Assembly: GCA_050015475.1 (NCBI GenBank)
Contig: JBEKBI010000015.1
Span: 182-64,181, forward strand
Reading direction: 5' to 3'
Length of the DNA: 64,000 nt
Source of the DNA: Acidimicrobiales bacterium
GTDB lineage: Bacteria > Actinomycetota > Acidimicrobiia > Acidimicrobiales > Bog-793
Both the position numbers and the translations under genes were made by a program. Positions 19,116 to 28,655 of the stretch are shown here, in pieces. Positions within the stretch are counted from its first letter, which is position 1. Every line of letters begins with the position of its first letter. A model generated the notes under the pieces. The model searched no databases. It was not told where the DNA came from and worked only from the letters and a program-made list of their open reading frames with translations.

Positions 19116-20285
19116 TTAAGGGCTCGCTTCCGGCAATTTCCCTAGTGTCTCGGATACCTCGGCGTCCGATCCTTGCGCGCCACGCTCTGCCTGCCGCACC
19201 CGCCACAGGTCCCTTGCCACGACTTGCAGCACGCTCGCGGCCGGGACCGCGAGCAACGCCCCGACGAGGCCGCCCAGGGTGGAGCCGACTATCCCACCGA
19301 GCTCGACGCCGGCCAGGATCGCCAACAACACCCAAAGGGCATTCAATCGGACGGTCTTGCTCATGACGATCGGATTGAGGATGTGATTCTCGATCTGCTG
19401 GTATACGAGGAACACCACCAAAGTCACGATCCCGGCCGGCAGCGAGTGGAGCGCCGCCACCGCCACGGTCGGCACGCCCGCCAAAAGCCCCCCGACCAAG
19501 GGGAGGAAATCGACGATGCACACCCAGATGGCGAGCACACCGGCGTAGTGCACGCCCATTACTTTGAGCGCCCCGAACACCACCACTCCGGCGATGATCG
19601 AGGTGGCGAAGTTCCCGAGCATGTAGCCGTTCACCGCCTCCACGACGTCGCCGAGAATCCCGCGGACCCTGACGGCGCGCTCGGGTTTCATCGCCCCTAG
19701 TGCCGCCCGAACCGTGCGGGGTGCTTCGAGGAGGATGAAGAAAGTGAGCACAGCGATGGAAAACACCCCCACGATCCCGCCGACGACGGTCTTGCCGATG
19801 GCGATCACGGGACGCCCGAGGCCGCTGATGAGGCTCTCGAGGCGGGGGACGTTCTTCTTGACGTAGCTCTCCAGCGACAGCCGCTTGACGAGACGGCCTA
19901 TCTGGCCCTTGCCGTGCTGGGCCTGGCGCACGATCCTCGGAAGCTCCCTCGCGAAGCTCGTGGCCGAGGTGTACATGGGGTGAACGAGCACATAGCCGAG
20001 GGTGATGGCTATCGCGAGCGCGAAGAAGAACACGGCCACGGTCGCGATGGAGCGGCGCACTCCCCTGCGTTCCACGAAGCGCACCACGGGATGCAGCAGC
20101 GCGGCTACGAACAAGGACACGATGATGAGAAGGAAGATGACGCGCAGCCGCCAGACGAGGGCCAAGCCCACGCCGACCGAGACGACGACGCCGGTGACGA
20201 TGAGGGCGTCGCGCGCCAGGGCGAGGTCTTTGAGACGTTGGGCTCGCGAGGGATCGGGGCCTTGCTCCCCGGTCTCGGTGACCAT
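19116..20285 (-). CDS. AI-2E (PerM) family transporter
   Basis: Topology of about 8 TM segments and AI-2E-like blocks. Assigned by family resemblance only. Confidence 0.7.
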   Translation of the reverse strand: MVTETGEQGPDPSRAQRLKDLALARDALIVTGVVVSVGVGLALVWRLRVIFLLIIVSLFVAALLHPVVRFVERRGVRRSIATVAVFFFALAIAITLGYVLVHPMYTSATSFARELPRIVRQAQHGKGQIGRLVKRLSLESYVKKNVPRLESLISGLGRPVIAIGKTVVGGIVGVFSIAVLTFFILLEAPRTVRAALGAMKPERAVRVRGILGDVVEAVNGYMLGNFATSIIAGVVVFGALKVMGVHYAGVLAIWVCIVDFLPLVGGLLAGVPTVAVAALHSLPAGIVTLVVFLVYQQIENHILNPIVMSKTVRLNALWVLLAILAGVELGGIVGSTLGGLVGALLAVPAASVLQVVARDLWRVRQAERGAQGSDAEVSETLGKLPEASP

Positions 20286-20431
20286 GGATACAAGTCAACT
20301 CCATGAGCCGCTCTCGGCGGGTGATGCACGCCGAAGCTCCCGCGACTGGGCCCCGCCGGGCATCGGGCCTCGACCCGCTGGGACGATCTCCGGCGTAGTT
20401 CCCCCTGCGGCCTCGTCGCGCCTGCAAGCAT

Positions 20432-21574
20432 GTGGTGATGGCCGAGTCACCCGAGACTGACCGCCGCGATCCGGACGCGTCCGGGCCGCGGGCTCGTCGC
20501 AGTCTCGTCGACTGGATACCGAAGCCCCTCAGGCACGGCATCACGGTGTTCATCCTGCTGCTCTTCGTCGAATACGTGCTGATCCCAAGCTTTCTGCACT
20601 CAAAGGCGCGCTCTTCGCTCAACCAGCTCGGACGCGTCAACCTGCTTTGGCTCTTGGCCGGCCTCGGCATCGAGGCGGCCGCCCTCCTCGCCTACGGCTT
20701 CCTCACCCAGTCCGTGCTCCCCAAAGGAGCGCTCGGCCTCTCCAAGGTGCTCCGCATAGACCTCTCGACGCTCGCCGTAAGCCATGTGATCCCGGGCGGC
20801 TCGGCCGGCGGGACCGGCCTCGGCTTCCGGTTGTTCACCTCGAACGGGGTGAGCGGGCCGGACACCGGCTTCGCCTTGGCCACCCAGGGCATCGGCTCGG
20901 CCGTCGTACTGAACGTGATGCTGTGGATCGCGCTCGTGATCTCGATCCCGCTGCACGGGTTCAACCACGCCTATGTGACCGTCGCCGTCGTGGGAGCGGT
21001 CCTGCTCGCCGCCTTCGGGCTGCTCGTGCTGGCCTTCACCCGAGGAGAGGCCCACGCCATCCGGGCACTCAAGTTCCTCGCCCGGAGGATCCCCTGGATC
21101 CGCCAGGAGCAGATCGAGCGGCTCGTGCAGCGCCTGGCCTCGAGATTGCGGGCGCTCGGCTCCGATCCCCCGCTTCTCAGGCACGCCGTGGCCTGGGCAG
21201 TGGCGAACTGGTTGTTCGACGCCGGATCGCTCTGGGCGTGCCTGGCCGCGTACGGGCATTACACCCCTCCCATAGACCTCTTCGTCGCCTACGGGGTGGC
21301 GAACATCTTGGCCGCGGTCCCGCTCACTCCCGGCGGCCTCGGCATCGTGGAGGCCGTGGCGGCCACGTCGCTGACGGGCTTCGGCGTGCCGGCGGGCGTG
21401 GCCTGGTTGGGAGTCATCTCCTGGCGACTGTTCAACTTCTGGCTGCCCATCCCGGTCGGCGCCGGGGCGTATCTGTCCCTTCGTGTGAGGCGCGGTGCGG
21501 GCCTCAAGGAGCGCCGCGACGCTCTGGGCGGAATGACCCATCAGGGCGATCCACCCCCGGCGACGACCCCGTAG
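20432..21574 (+). CDS. LPG-synthase-TM / flippase-like (YbhN/UPF0104) membrane protein
   Basis: Polytopic protein with a conserved PLTPGGLGIVE block near the C-terminus. Confidence 0.7.
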   Translation: MVMAESPETDRRDPDASGPRARRSLVDWIPKPLRHGITVFILLLFVEYVLIPSFLHSKARSSLNQLGRVNLLWLLAGLGIEAAALLAYGFLTQSVLPKGALGLSKVLRIDLSTLAVSHVIPGGSAGGTGLGFRLFTSNGVSGPDTGFALATQGIGSAVVLNVMLWIALVISIPLHGFNHAYVTVAVVGAVLLAAFGLLVLAFTRGEAHAIRALKFLARRIPWIRQEQIERLVQRLASRLRALGSDPPLLRHAVAWAVANWLFDAGSLWACLAAYGHYTPPIDLFVAYGVANILAAVPLTPGGLGIVEAVAATSLTGFGVPAGVAWLGVISWRLFNFWLPIPVGAGAYLSLRVRRGAGLKERRDALGGMTHQGDPPPATTP

Positions 21575-21584
21575 CCTCCTGCTA

Positions 21585-23168
21585 TCAGGCCAGGCCGGCC
21601 TGCTCGGAGGCGAGGGCTTGCATCTCCTCTGGGCCAGTCGGCACCACCTCGAAGCTGATCGGGACGTCGAACAGCTCCTGGAACAGCGGCACCTTGCGCT
21701 GGAGCATCCATCCCTCGAGCTCTGCGTCGCCGCGGGCGCTCACGATGATCTCGACGTCCGTGCTGCTCAGCTCCACGCCGACATGCCCGATGACGGCGTC
21801 GCGCGACGCGTCGAGGCCGTCCGCGATCCGCAGCAGGGAGACGATCTTGAGCACCCGGTCCCGGTCCTTGCGCTCGAGGGCCTCCCAGGCGGGGAAGGAG
21901 TCCCGCGGTCGGCCCCGGACGTGGTACCGCCCGATGCAGACGAGCATCTGGATCTCGGTGGGCGAGAAGCCCCTCAGCTCCCCGTTCTCGATCAGGTAGG
22001 CGGTATGGCGCGCGTGGCCGTCACGGCTCACGTGCTCGCCTATGTCGTGCAACAGCGCCGACAGCTCGAGAAGCTCCCTGTCCTCCGCCCCGAGCCCGTG
22101 CAGCTCCACGGTCGAGTCGAACAACTCGAGAGCGAGCTTGGCCACCTGGCGGGAATGGGCCTCCGGCCACCTCGACCGGACGCAAAGAGACATCACCGAC
22201 GCCCGCCGGATGGCGCGGGGGTCGTTGCTGAACTCGACTCGGTCATGGGCGCCGATGGTCGAGATGACGATCCCCTCTCTTAGGCCCCATTCCGACACCG
22301 TCAGCTCGCTCATGCCGGTTCTGTCCATGAGGATCTCGGTCACCGCCATGCCGGCCGGCAGCAACTCCGCCCGACGGGCGTCGATGCCGGCGAAACGGGC
22401 CCGCTCCGAGCTCGGCATCTCGTAGATGTCCTCGGCGAGCGCCTCGAGCTCGCGCTTGGTCACCGTCAACTGGTTCACGTATGTGGGCACGGCCCCGTCG
22501 CGCTTGGCCACTGCACCTCGGGCGAGGGCGCAGAAGGTGCCCGAGGTCCCGATGAGCAGCTTCGGCTCGCAGGCGAGGATGTCCTCGAGCACACCGTCGA
22601 GCGACTTCGAGATCCTTTCCTTGAGCCGCCCGCGGTCCTTCTTCGTGGGCGGGTCGCTGTGCACGCACTCGGCCGTAAGCCTGCCCACGCCGAGGCGCAG
22701 GCTCGTGGCGTAGCTGAGGGCGAACCGGTCCCCTACCGACAACTCGAGGCTTCCACCGCCCAAGTCCGCGCACAGTGCCGGGCTCGGATCGATGAGCACG
22801 CTCGCCCGGACGGCCTCGTAGATGAGCTGCGCCTCGCGGATGCCGGTGACGACCTCGATGGCGACGCCCGTCTCGGCCTCGATCCGCTCCGCCACTTCGG
22901 GCCCGTTCGCGGCCTGGCGAAGCGACGCCGTCGCCATCGCCACGACCTCGTCGCAATGGTGCACCTCGGCGATCGTCTCGAAGCGGTGGATGGTCGCGAT
23001 CGCCGCTTCGATCGCCTCCTCGGTGAGACGGCCCTCTCTAGCAACCACGTCGCCGAGGCGCAGCATCTCCTTCTCGCGCTCGAGGGGCACGAAGCTGCCG
23101 TCACGGCGCGTCTCGACGACGAGGAGATGGAACGAGTTGCTACCGAGGTCGAGCGCAGCAATCCGCAC
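21585..23168 (-). CDS. ppx: Ppx/GppA family exopolyphosphatase / pppGpp phosphohydrolase with C-terminal HD domain
   Basis: N-terminal actin-like ATPase motif IAALDLGSNSFHLLV, DLGGGS, and the HD block LHDIGEH. Confidence 0.88.
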   Translation of the reverse strand: MRIAALDLGSNSFHLLVVETRRDGSFVPLEREKEMLRLGDVVAREGRLTEEAIEAAIATIHRFETIAEVHHCDEVVAMATASLRQAANGPEVAERIEAETGVAIEVVTGIREAQLIYEAVRASVLIDPSPALCADLGGGSLELSVGDRFALSYATSLRLGVGRLTAECVHSDPPTKKDRGRLKERISKSLDGVLEDILACEPKLLIGTSGTFCALARGAVAKRDGAVPTYVNQLTVTKRELEALAEDIYEMPSSERARFAGIDARRAELLPAGMAVTEILMDRTGMSELTVSEWGLREGIVISTIGAHDRVEFSNDPRAIRRASVMSLCVRSRWPEAHSRQVAKLALELFDSTVELHGLGAEDRELLELSALLHDIGEHVSRDGHARHTAYLIENGELRGFSPTEIQMLVCIGRYHVRGRPRDSFPAWEALERKDRDRVLKIVSLLRIADGLDASRDAVIGHVGVELSSTDVEIIVSARGDAELEGWMLQRKVPLFQELFDVPISFEVVPTGPEEMQALASEQAGLA

Positions 23169-23177
23169 AGCGAAAGA

Positions 23178-25289
23178 TCAGCTCGGCGTCTCGGCGGAGC
23201 GGCGCCGTCTGGCCCGCTCGAGGGCAAGCTCCTGCAGCCGTCGCTGCACGCTCAGGCCGGCGACACGCTCCACCCGCGTCCAGACGCCGTCTGGGCCGAG
23301 CTCCCAGGCGTTCGAGTCGTCGGCGAGGTTGAGCTCGAGCGTCTCTTCGAGGCGGCCCCGCAGCTCCGACTCGAGCACCGGCACGAGGACCTCGATCCTC
23401 CGGTCCAAGTTGCGCTCCATCAAGTCGCCCGAGCCCATCGTGTAGCGCACCTCCCGCGTTCCGCCCGGGTCGCCGAAACGAAATATCCGCGAGTGCTCGA
23501 GGAAGCGCCCCATGATCGAGCGCACTGTGATCTTTTCGGAAAGCCCAGGCACTCCCGGTCTCAGCCCGCAGACGCCCCTCACGATCAGATCGACGCGCAC
23601 CCCCGCCCTCGAGGCCGCGTAGAGGGCGTCGATCACCTCCGGGTCGGTGAGCCCGTTCACCTTTATCGTTATCCGGCCCGCCTCACCCGCCGCGGTCTCG
23701 TCGCCGATCTGGGCGAGAACCCACGGCCGCATGGCCTGGGGCGCCACCACGATGCGGCGGTAGTTGACCGGGCGGCCGTAGCCGGTGAGGTGGTTGAACA
23801 GGTCCGTGAGGTCCTCGCCGATGGCGGAGTCGGCCGTGAAAAGTCCGAGGTCCTCATAGGCCTTCGCCGTCTCGGAGTTGTAGTTGCCCGTGCCGATGTG
23901 GCAGTAGCGGCGCAGCCCGTCCTCCTCTCGGCGCACCACGAGGATGATCTTCGAGTGCGTCTTGAGGCCGACCAGCCCGTAGACGACATGGACCCCGGCA
24001 CGCTCCAATTGACGCGCCCAGACGATGTTCGCCTGCTCGTCGAAGCGGGCCTTCACCTCCACCAGGGCCGCCACCTGCTTGCCCTGTTCGGCTGCGTGCA
24101 CGAGGGCGGCGACGATCGCCGTGTCGTCCGAGGTCCGATAAAGGGTCTGCTTGATGGCGAGCACGTTCGGGTCCTCGGCCGCCTGGGTCAAGAAGGCCTC
24201 CACCGAGGTAGTGAACGAGTCGTAGGGGTGGTGCACGAGAACGCTCCGCTCGCGCAGCACCGAGAACAGGTCCACCGGGCCGTCGGCCGCCGTCGCCAGC
24301 CGTGGCTGGGTCATCGGCACCCAGGGCGGCTCGTGGAGGTCGGGGCGGTCGGTGGCGTACAGGTCCCACAGCTGCGAGAGACCGAGAGGCGCCGAGCTCT
24401 CGTAGACGTCGTCGGGCCCGAGCTCGAGCTCGGCGAGAAGAAGCTCGCGCACGTCGGCCGGCATGTCCCGATCGACCTCGAGCCTGACGGCGCGCCCGAA
24501 GCGTCGCCGGCGAAGCTCGGTCTCGACCGCCGCCAACAAGTCGTCCGCCTCGCTCTCGCCGAGGTCGAGATCGGCGTTCCTCGTCACCCTGAAGGCGTGG
24601 TGACGGCCGATCTCCATGTGGGGGAAGAGCCGGGGCAGGTTGGCAGCGATGAGTTGCTCGAGCGCCACGAACCTCGACCCGCCGTTCAGGGGAACCAGGC
24701 GAGGGAGCAGGGACGGCACCTTCACCCGCGCGAAGCGCTGCTCGCGAGTGGAGGGGTCCTCGACCAACACGGCCAGGTTGAGCGACAGGTTCGATATGTA
24801 GGGGAACGGGTGCCCCGGGTCCACCGCGAGCGGCGTCAAGACCGGGAAGATCTCGTCCTCGAAGACCCCGAGCACCCTTGCCTTCTCGTCCTCGTCGAGC
24901 TCGTCGATGCTCGTCAAGTAGACCCCCGCCGCGGCCAGTGCCGGCACCAGTGAGTCCTCGAAGACGGCATCGCTGCGGGATTGCAACTCGATGCACCTTT
25001 GCCGTATGTCCTTCAACTGCTGCGAGGCGCTGCGCCCGTCCGCGGAGCGCGCCCGCAGCCCGGCCGCCACGTGGTCCTTCAGGCCCCCGACACGAACCTG
25101 GAAGAACTCATCGAGCCCCGAGGACAAGATGGCCGTGAACTTCACGCGCTCTAAGAGGGGAAGTGACGCGTCGGCGGACAAATCGACGAGGCGGTCCGCG
25201 AACTCCAGCCAGGAAAGCTCGCGATTGAAGAAGCGGTCCGGCCGCTCGAGCAGGTCCTCGGGCTCTTTGACTTCGGCTTTCACAACCAA
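23178..25289 (-). CDS. ppk: Polyphosphate kinase 1
   Basis: DRFFNRELSWLEF N-terminus, the phospho-His region GLKTHSKIILVVRRE, and two PLD-like C-terminal domains. The start may be GTG 25283 rather than TTG 25289. Confidence 0.93.
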   Translation of the reverse strand: MVVKAEVKEPEDLLERPDRFFNRELSWLEFADRLVDLSADASLPLLERVKFTAILSSGLDEFFQVRVGGLKDHVAAGLRARSADGRSASQQLKDIRQRCIELQSRSDAVFEDSLVPALAAAGVYLTSIDELDEDEKARVLGVFEDEIFPVLTPLAVDPGHPFPYISNLSLNLAVLVEDPSTREQRFARVKVPSLLPRLVPLNGGSRFVALEQLIAANLPRLFPHMEIGRHHAFRVTRNADLDLGESEADDLLAAVETELRRRRFGRAVRLEVDRDMPADVRELLLAELELGPDDVYESSAPLGLSQLWDLYATDRPDLHEPPWVPMTQPRLATAADGPVDLFSVLRERSVLVHHPYDSFTTSVEAFLTQAAEDPNVLAIKQTLYRTSDDTAIVAALVHAAEQGKQVAALVEVKARFDEQANIVWARQLERAGVHVVYGLVGLKTHSKIILVVRREEDGLRRYCHIGTGNYNSETAKAYEDLGLFTADSAIGEDLTDLFNHLTGYGRPVNYRRIVVAPQAMRPWVLAQIGDETAAGEAGRITIKVNGLTDPEVIDALYAASRAGVRVDLIVRGVCGLRPGVPGLSEKITVRSIMGRFLEHSRIFRFGDPGGTREVRYTMGSGDLMERNLDRRIEVLVPVLESELRGRLEETLELNLADDSNAWELGPDGVWTRVERVAGLSVQRRLQELALERARRRRSAETPS

Positions 25290-25306
25290 GACGCTACCGT
25301 GAAGTC

Positions 25307-26845
25307 GTGCAGCCCCTCGCCATAGTTCCGAGGGTGAAGCGACGGCGGCGAAGCGAGCTCGGCCTGCTCGTGGTCGTCGTTGTCGTGATCACCTTCGCGT
25401 TCTTGTTGGCCTCGCTCGGCACCTATGGCGTGCTGCCCGCCAATGCCTTGGAATTCATGGGCGTCAGCGCGGCGTTGGCACTCGTCGTCCATTTCGCCGA
25501 CCGGATCCTCGCTCCCGAGGCGGACCCGGTCATCATGCCCGTCGTGCTCATGCTCAACGGCATCGGCTTCGTGATGATCTACCGCCTCGACGCCTCGCCC
25601 CAGATCGCCCTCGACGCGCCGTGGCACTACCAAGCCCTCTGGACCGTGCTCGGCGTGGCCGCCTACGTCGCCACGCTTTTCTTCGTCCGCCGCTCCCGCG
25701 ATCTCGAGCGCTACCGCTACATGCTCTTGTTCGGCGCCCTCGTCCTGCTCGTGCTGCCCTTGGTGCCCATCCTCGGCAGGACCCCAGAGGACCAGCTGAA
25801 CGGAGTCAAGCTCTGGATCCACCTCGGCCCGATCACCTTCCAACCAGTCGAGCTCGCGAAGCTCATGCTGGTCGTGTTCTTCGCGTCCTACTTCGTCGAG
25901 AAGCGGGAGATGCTTTCCCTGTCGACGCAACGGGTCGGCAACCGATTGCTGCCGGACCTGCGGCCTCTCGGGCCCATCGCGGTCGCCTGGGTCGTCTCGC
26001 TCCTCGTCATCCTCCTCGAGCACGACATCGGCTTCTCGCTGCTGCTGTTCGTGATGTTCATCGCCATGCTGTGGGTCGCGACAGGGCGGTGGACATATGT
26101 CGTAGGCGGGCTCATCGCCTTCGTGGCAGGCACGTTCGTCGCCGCCCACCTGCCGTTCGCGAGCTCGCTCATCGACCAGCGCGTGAGCGCCTGGATCAAT
26201 CCCTGGCCTCACTTCAGCTCGTATGGCTACCAGAACATCCAAGCGGAGTTCGCCCTCGGTCGAGGGGGCCTCACGGGCTCCGGCCTCGGCCTCGGCTCTC
26301 CTTTCGAGATACCCGTCGCCTACAGCGACTTCATCTTCGCCGCCATCGGCGAGGAACTCGGCCTGCTCGGCACGACGGCCGTCGTCGTGGCCTTCCTCCT
26401 CCTCGTCGGGTCCGGCATCCGCGCGGCGCTGCGCGCCCGCTCGGAGTTCTCCCAGCTCGCCGCGGTCGGGTTCACGGCCATTTTGGGGTTCCAGTCCTTT
26501 TTCATCATGGGCGGCGTCGTGCGCCTGCTGCCGCTTACGGGCGTGTCGCTCCCCTTCGTCGGCTACGGCGGGTCCTCTCTGCTCGCGAACTACATCCTCG
26601 TCGCGCTTTTGATGCGCATCTCCGCCGAAGGCTCCACACCGCCGGGCGTGGCGGTCGACTGGCGGGACAGGCCGAGGAGGAGGCGCCCGCGGGCGTCGGG
26701 CCCGGCCGCGCATCGGCCCCGCTCGCCTCTCGACGCGCCCCAGACGGCCGAAGTCGGCCGAATAGTGACGGACTCGGCGTTTCCCGAACCCGCGAGCGGC
26801 GAGCTTTCCCCCGACGGCGAGGGTCGGAGCGACTCGCTCTTCTAG
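25307..26845 (+). CDS. SEDS family (FtsW/RodA/SpoVE) protein with ~80-aa low-complexity C-terminal tail
   Basis: SDFIFAAIGEELG and LPLTGVSLPFVGYGGSS blocks, about 10 TM segments. Confidence 0.88.
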   Translation: MQPLAIVPRVKRRRRSELGLLVVVVVVITFAFLLASLGTYGVLPANALEFMGVSAALALVVHFADRILAPEADPVIMPVVLMLNGIGFVMIYRLDASPQIALDAPWHYQALWTVLGVAAYVATLFFVRRSRDLERYRYMLLFGALVLLVLPLVPILGRTPEDQLNGVKLWIHLGPITFQPVELAKLMLVVFFASYFVEKREMLSLSTQRVGNRLLPDLRPLGPIAVAWVVSLLVILLEHDIGFSLLLFVMFIAMLWVATGRWTYVVGGLIAFVAGTFVAAHLPFASSLIDQRVSAWINPWPHFSSYGYQNIQAEFALGRGGLTGSGLGLGSPFEIPVAYSDFIFAAIGEELGLLGTTAVVVAFLLLVGSGIRAALRARSEFSQLAAVGFTAILGFQSFFIMGGVVRLLPLTGVSLPFVGYGGSSLLANYILVALLMRISAEGSTPPGVAVDWRDRPRRRRPRASGPAAHRPRSPLDAPQTAEVGRIVTDSAFPEPASGELSPDGEGRSDSLF

Positions 26846-27411
26846 TTCGCCCCGAGCGGGTCGGTGCCCGCGTCTCCGAGCACGCTCGCTCTCGCCATTA
26901 TCGGCACGGGAGCCTTCTGGCGCAGCGCCAACGCGATCGCGTCCGAGGGGCGGCAGTCGATGGCCTGCGAACCGTCCGGGCCCGAGAGGACCATCTCAGC
27001 GCTGAAGGCCGTGCCTTGAACCTCTGTGATGCGCACGGCGTCAAGCGTCAGCTGGAACGTCTCGAGCACCCGCGTGAACAACTCGTGTGTGAGCGGCCGC
27101 GGTGTCTCGAGGCCCCTGGCGGCGTAGCCGATGGCGATGCCCTCGGCGCCCCCGATGGGGATGCGGAGCTCCCTGAAGGGCGGTTCGGCTTCCTGGAGGA
27201 CGACGACGGGATGCGTGGCCGGCAACAAAAGCACGACATCGACAAACACGAGCAGCCTCATCCCGGGCGGTGTCGCCAACGGGTCGGGAACGGCTTCGCG
27301 CTCGGGATTCTTGCCGCTCGCCTCGGCGGGCCCGTCGCTTTCGAGCGGCCCCGCAGGCTCCTGCTCCGAGACGGCCTCGGTGTCTTCGCCGGCCTGGCCC
27401 GCGAGGCTCAT
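26842..27411 (-). CDS. Bifunctional nuclease family protein (DUF151/BFN)
   Basis: Core from MRLLVFVD..PIGGAEGIAI..RPLTHEL to ..DCRPSDAIALALR. ATG 27411 forms an ATGA overlap with the upstream SEDS stop. The 455-aa track ORF is an artefact extension. Confidence 0.8.
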   Translation of the reverse strand: MSLAGQAGEDTEAVSEQEPAGPLESDGPAEASGKNPEREAVPDPLATPPGMRLLVFVDVVLLLPATHPVVVLQEAEPPFRELRIPIGGAEGIAIGYAARGLETPRPLTHELFTRVLETFQLTLDAVRITEVQGTAFSAEMVLSGPDGSQAIDCRPSDAIALALRQKAPVPIMARASVLGDAGTDPLGAN

Positions 27412-28583
27412 CTGCGGGCCGTTCGCCGCATCTCGACGTTCACCACCAGGCCGACCATAGCGAAGAACACGATCATGGCCGAGCCACCGTAACTCAGGAA
27501 CGGGAGCGGGATGCCGGCGATCGGGATGAGCCCGATCGTCATCCCGACGTTCTGGAAGACCGAGAAGGCAAGCAACGCGAGCGCCCCGGCGCACAAAAGG
27601 CGCCCGAGGGGATCGCGCGCCATCTGGGCGGCGCGTAGCAGCCGGAAGGCGATCAGCCCGAACAGGGCTATGACGAGCAGGCCCCCTGCGAACCCGAGCT
27701 GCTCGCCGATCGCCGAGAAGATGAAGTCGGTCTGCTGGGCGGGGACGAAGCCGCCGTTGGTGGCGGCACCGTGGAACACGCCCGTGCCGAGCACTCCCCC
27801 CGAGGCGATGGCCATTATCGACTGGGCGAGGTTCCAGTTCGCCCCGCTCGTGGCGGTGTTCTGGTGGAGGAAAGATTGCAGCCGACCGAGCTGGTAGGCG
27901 TGGATGAGCTTGAGCTGGATCCCCGCCACGAGGCCCGAGACTCCCAGCACGCCCAGGACCGCCAGGTACCTGATACGCACGCCCGAGGTCACGATCATGA
28001 CGATGAACACCACCGTCATGATGAGCGCGGTGCCGAGGTCCGGCTGCTTGTAGACGAGAACTATCGGCAAGAGCGCGAGCGCGCAGACCACGGCGAGGTT
28101 CCTCGGGAACATCGTCTCCTGCCGGCTGCAGTAGACCGCGACGACGATGATCAAGGCGAGGACCGCGAACTCCGACGGCTGCACCTCGAGTGGGCCGAGG
28201 GAGAACCACCGCTGCGCTCCGAGCGAGGTGTGCCCGAAATGGGTGAGCACCGCAACCAGCGACAACATGACCAGCCCGTAGATCACGTAGGCACCCTGCT
28301 CGAGCCAGTGATAGTCCACGAGCGCCACGACGACCATCACGACCAGCCCTACGGCGAGCCAGACGAGCTGTCGCTTCAGGTAGTACCGCGGATCGCCACC
28401 GGCGTCCATCTGCTCGACCCGCGTCGCCGAGTAGACCATGACCGCTCCGATGAGCGAGAGAACGATGGCGCTGGCCACGAGCAGGAAGTCGCAGCGGCTC
28501 ACCAGTTCCAAGGCGGGGTGCTGCTCCCTGCGCTCACCCCAACGCGCCGGGACGGTTGGATAGTGAACGGCCACGAAGCCCAA
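27408..28583 (-). CDS. SEDS family protein (RodA/FtsW-like)
   Basis: TDFIFSAIGEQLG and IPIAGIPLPFLSYGGSA blocks, about 10 TM segments. Confidence 0.9.
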   Translation of the reverse strand: MGFVAVHYPTVPARWGERREQHPALELVSRCDFLLVASAIVLSLIGAVMVYSATRVEQMDAGGDPRYYLKRQLVWLAVGLVVMVVVALVDYHWLEQGAYVIYGLVMLSLVAVLTHFGHTSLGAQRWFSLGPLEVQPSEFAVLALIIVVAVYCSRQETMFPRNLAVVCALALLPIVLVYKQPDLGTALIMTVVFIVMIVTSGVRIRYLAVLGVLGVSGLVAGIQLKLIHAYQLGRLQSFLHQNTATSGANWNLAQSIMAIASGGVLGTGVFHGAATNGGFVPAQQTDFIFSAIGEQLGFAGGLLVIALFGLIAFRLLRAAQMARDPLGRLLCAGALALLAFSVFQNVGMTIGLIPIAGIPLPFLSYGGSAMIVFFAMVGLVVNVEMRRTARR

Positions 28584-28655
28584 GGATAACGGCGACAGCG
28601 TCCCGGCTCTAAGCGGCCCGGGAGCAACAAGCCCGCCCCGGACCCAATGGAGGTC

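Noticed and set aside
22659-24953. 764-aa ORF on the plus strand, the largest ORF in the track
   Set aside because: It is entirely antisense to ppk1, which has unmistakable family motifs. Its translation is Arg/Pro/His/Asp/Glu-rich low-complexity sequence, typical of an off-frame reading of high-GC coding DNA.
26842-28209. 455-aa minus-strand ORF that looks like one large gene
   Set aside because: Only the C-terminal 189 aa (DUF151 nuclease) look like real protein. The upstream part is an out-of-frame read through the SEDS gene, which occupies another frame of the same strand (27408-28583).
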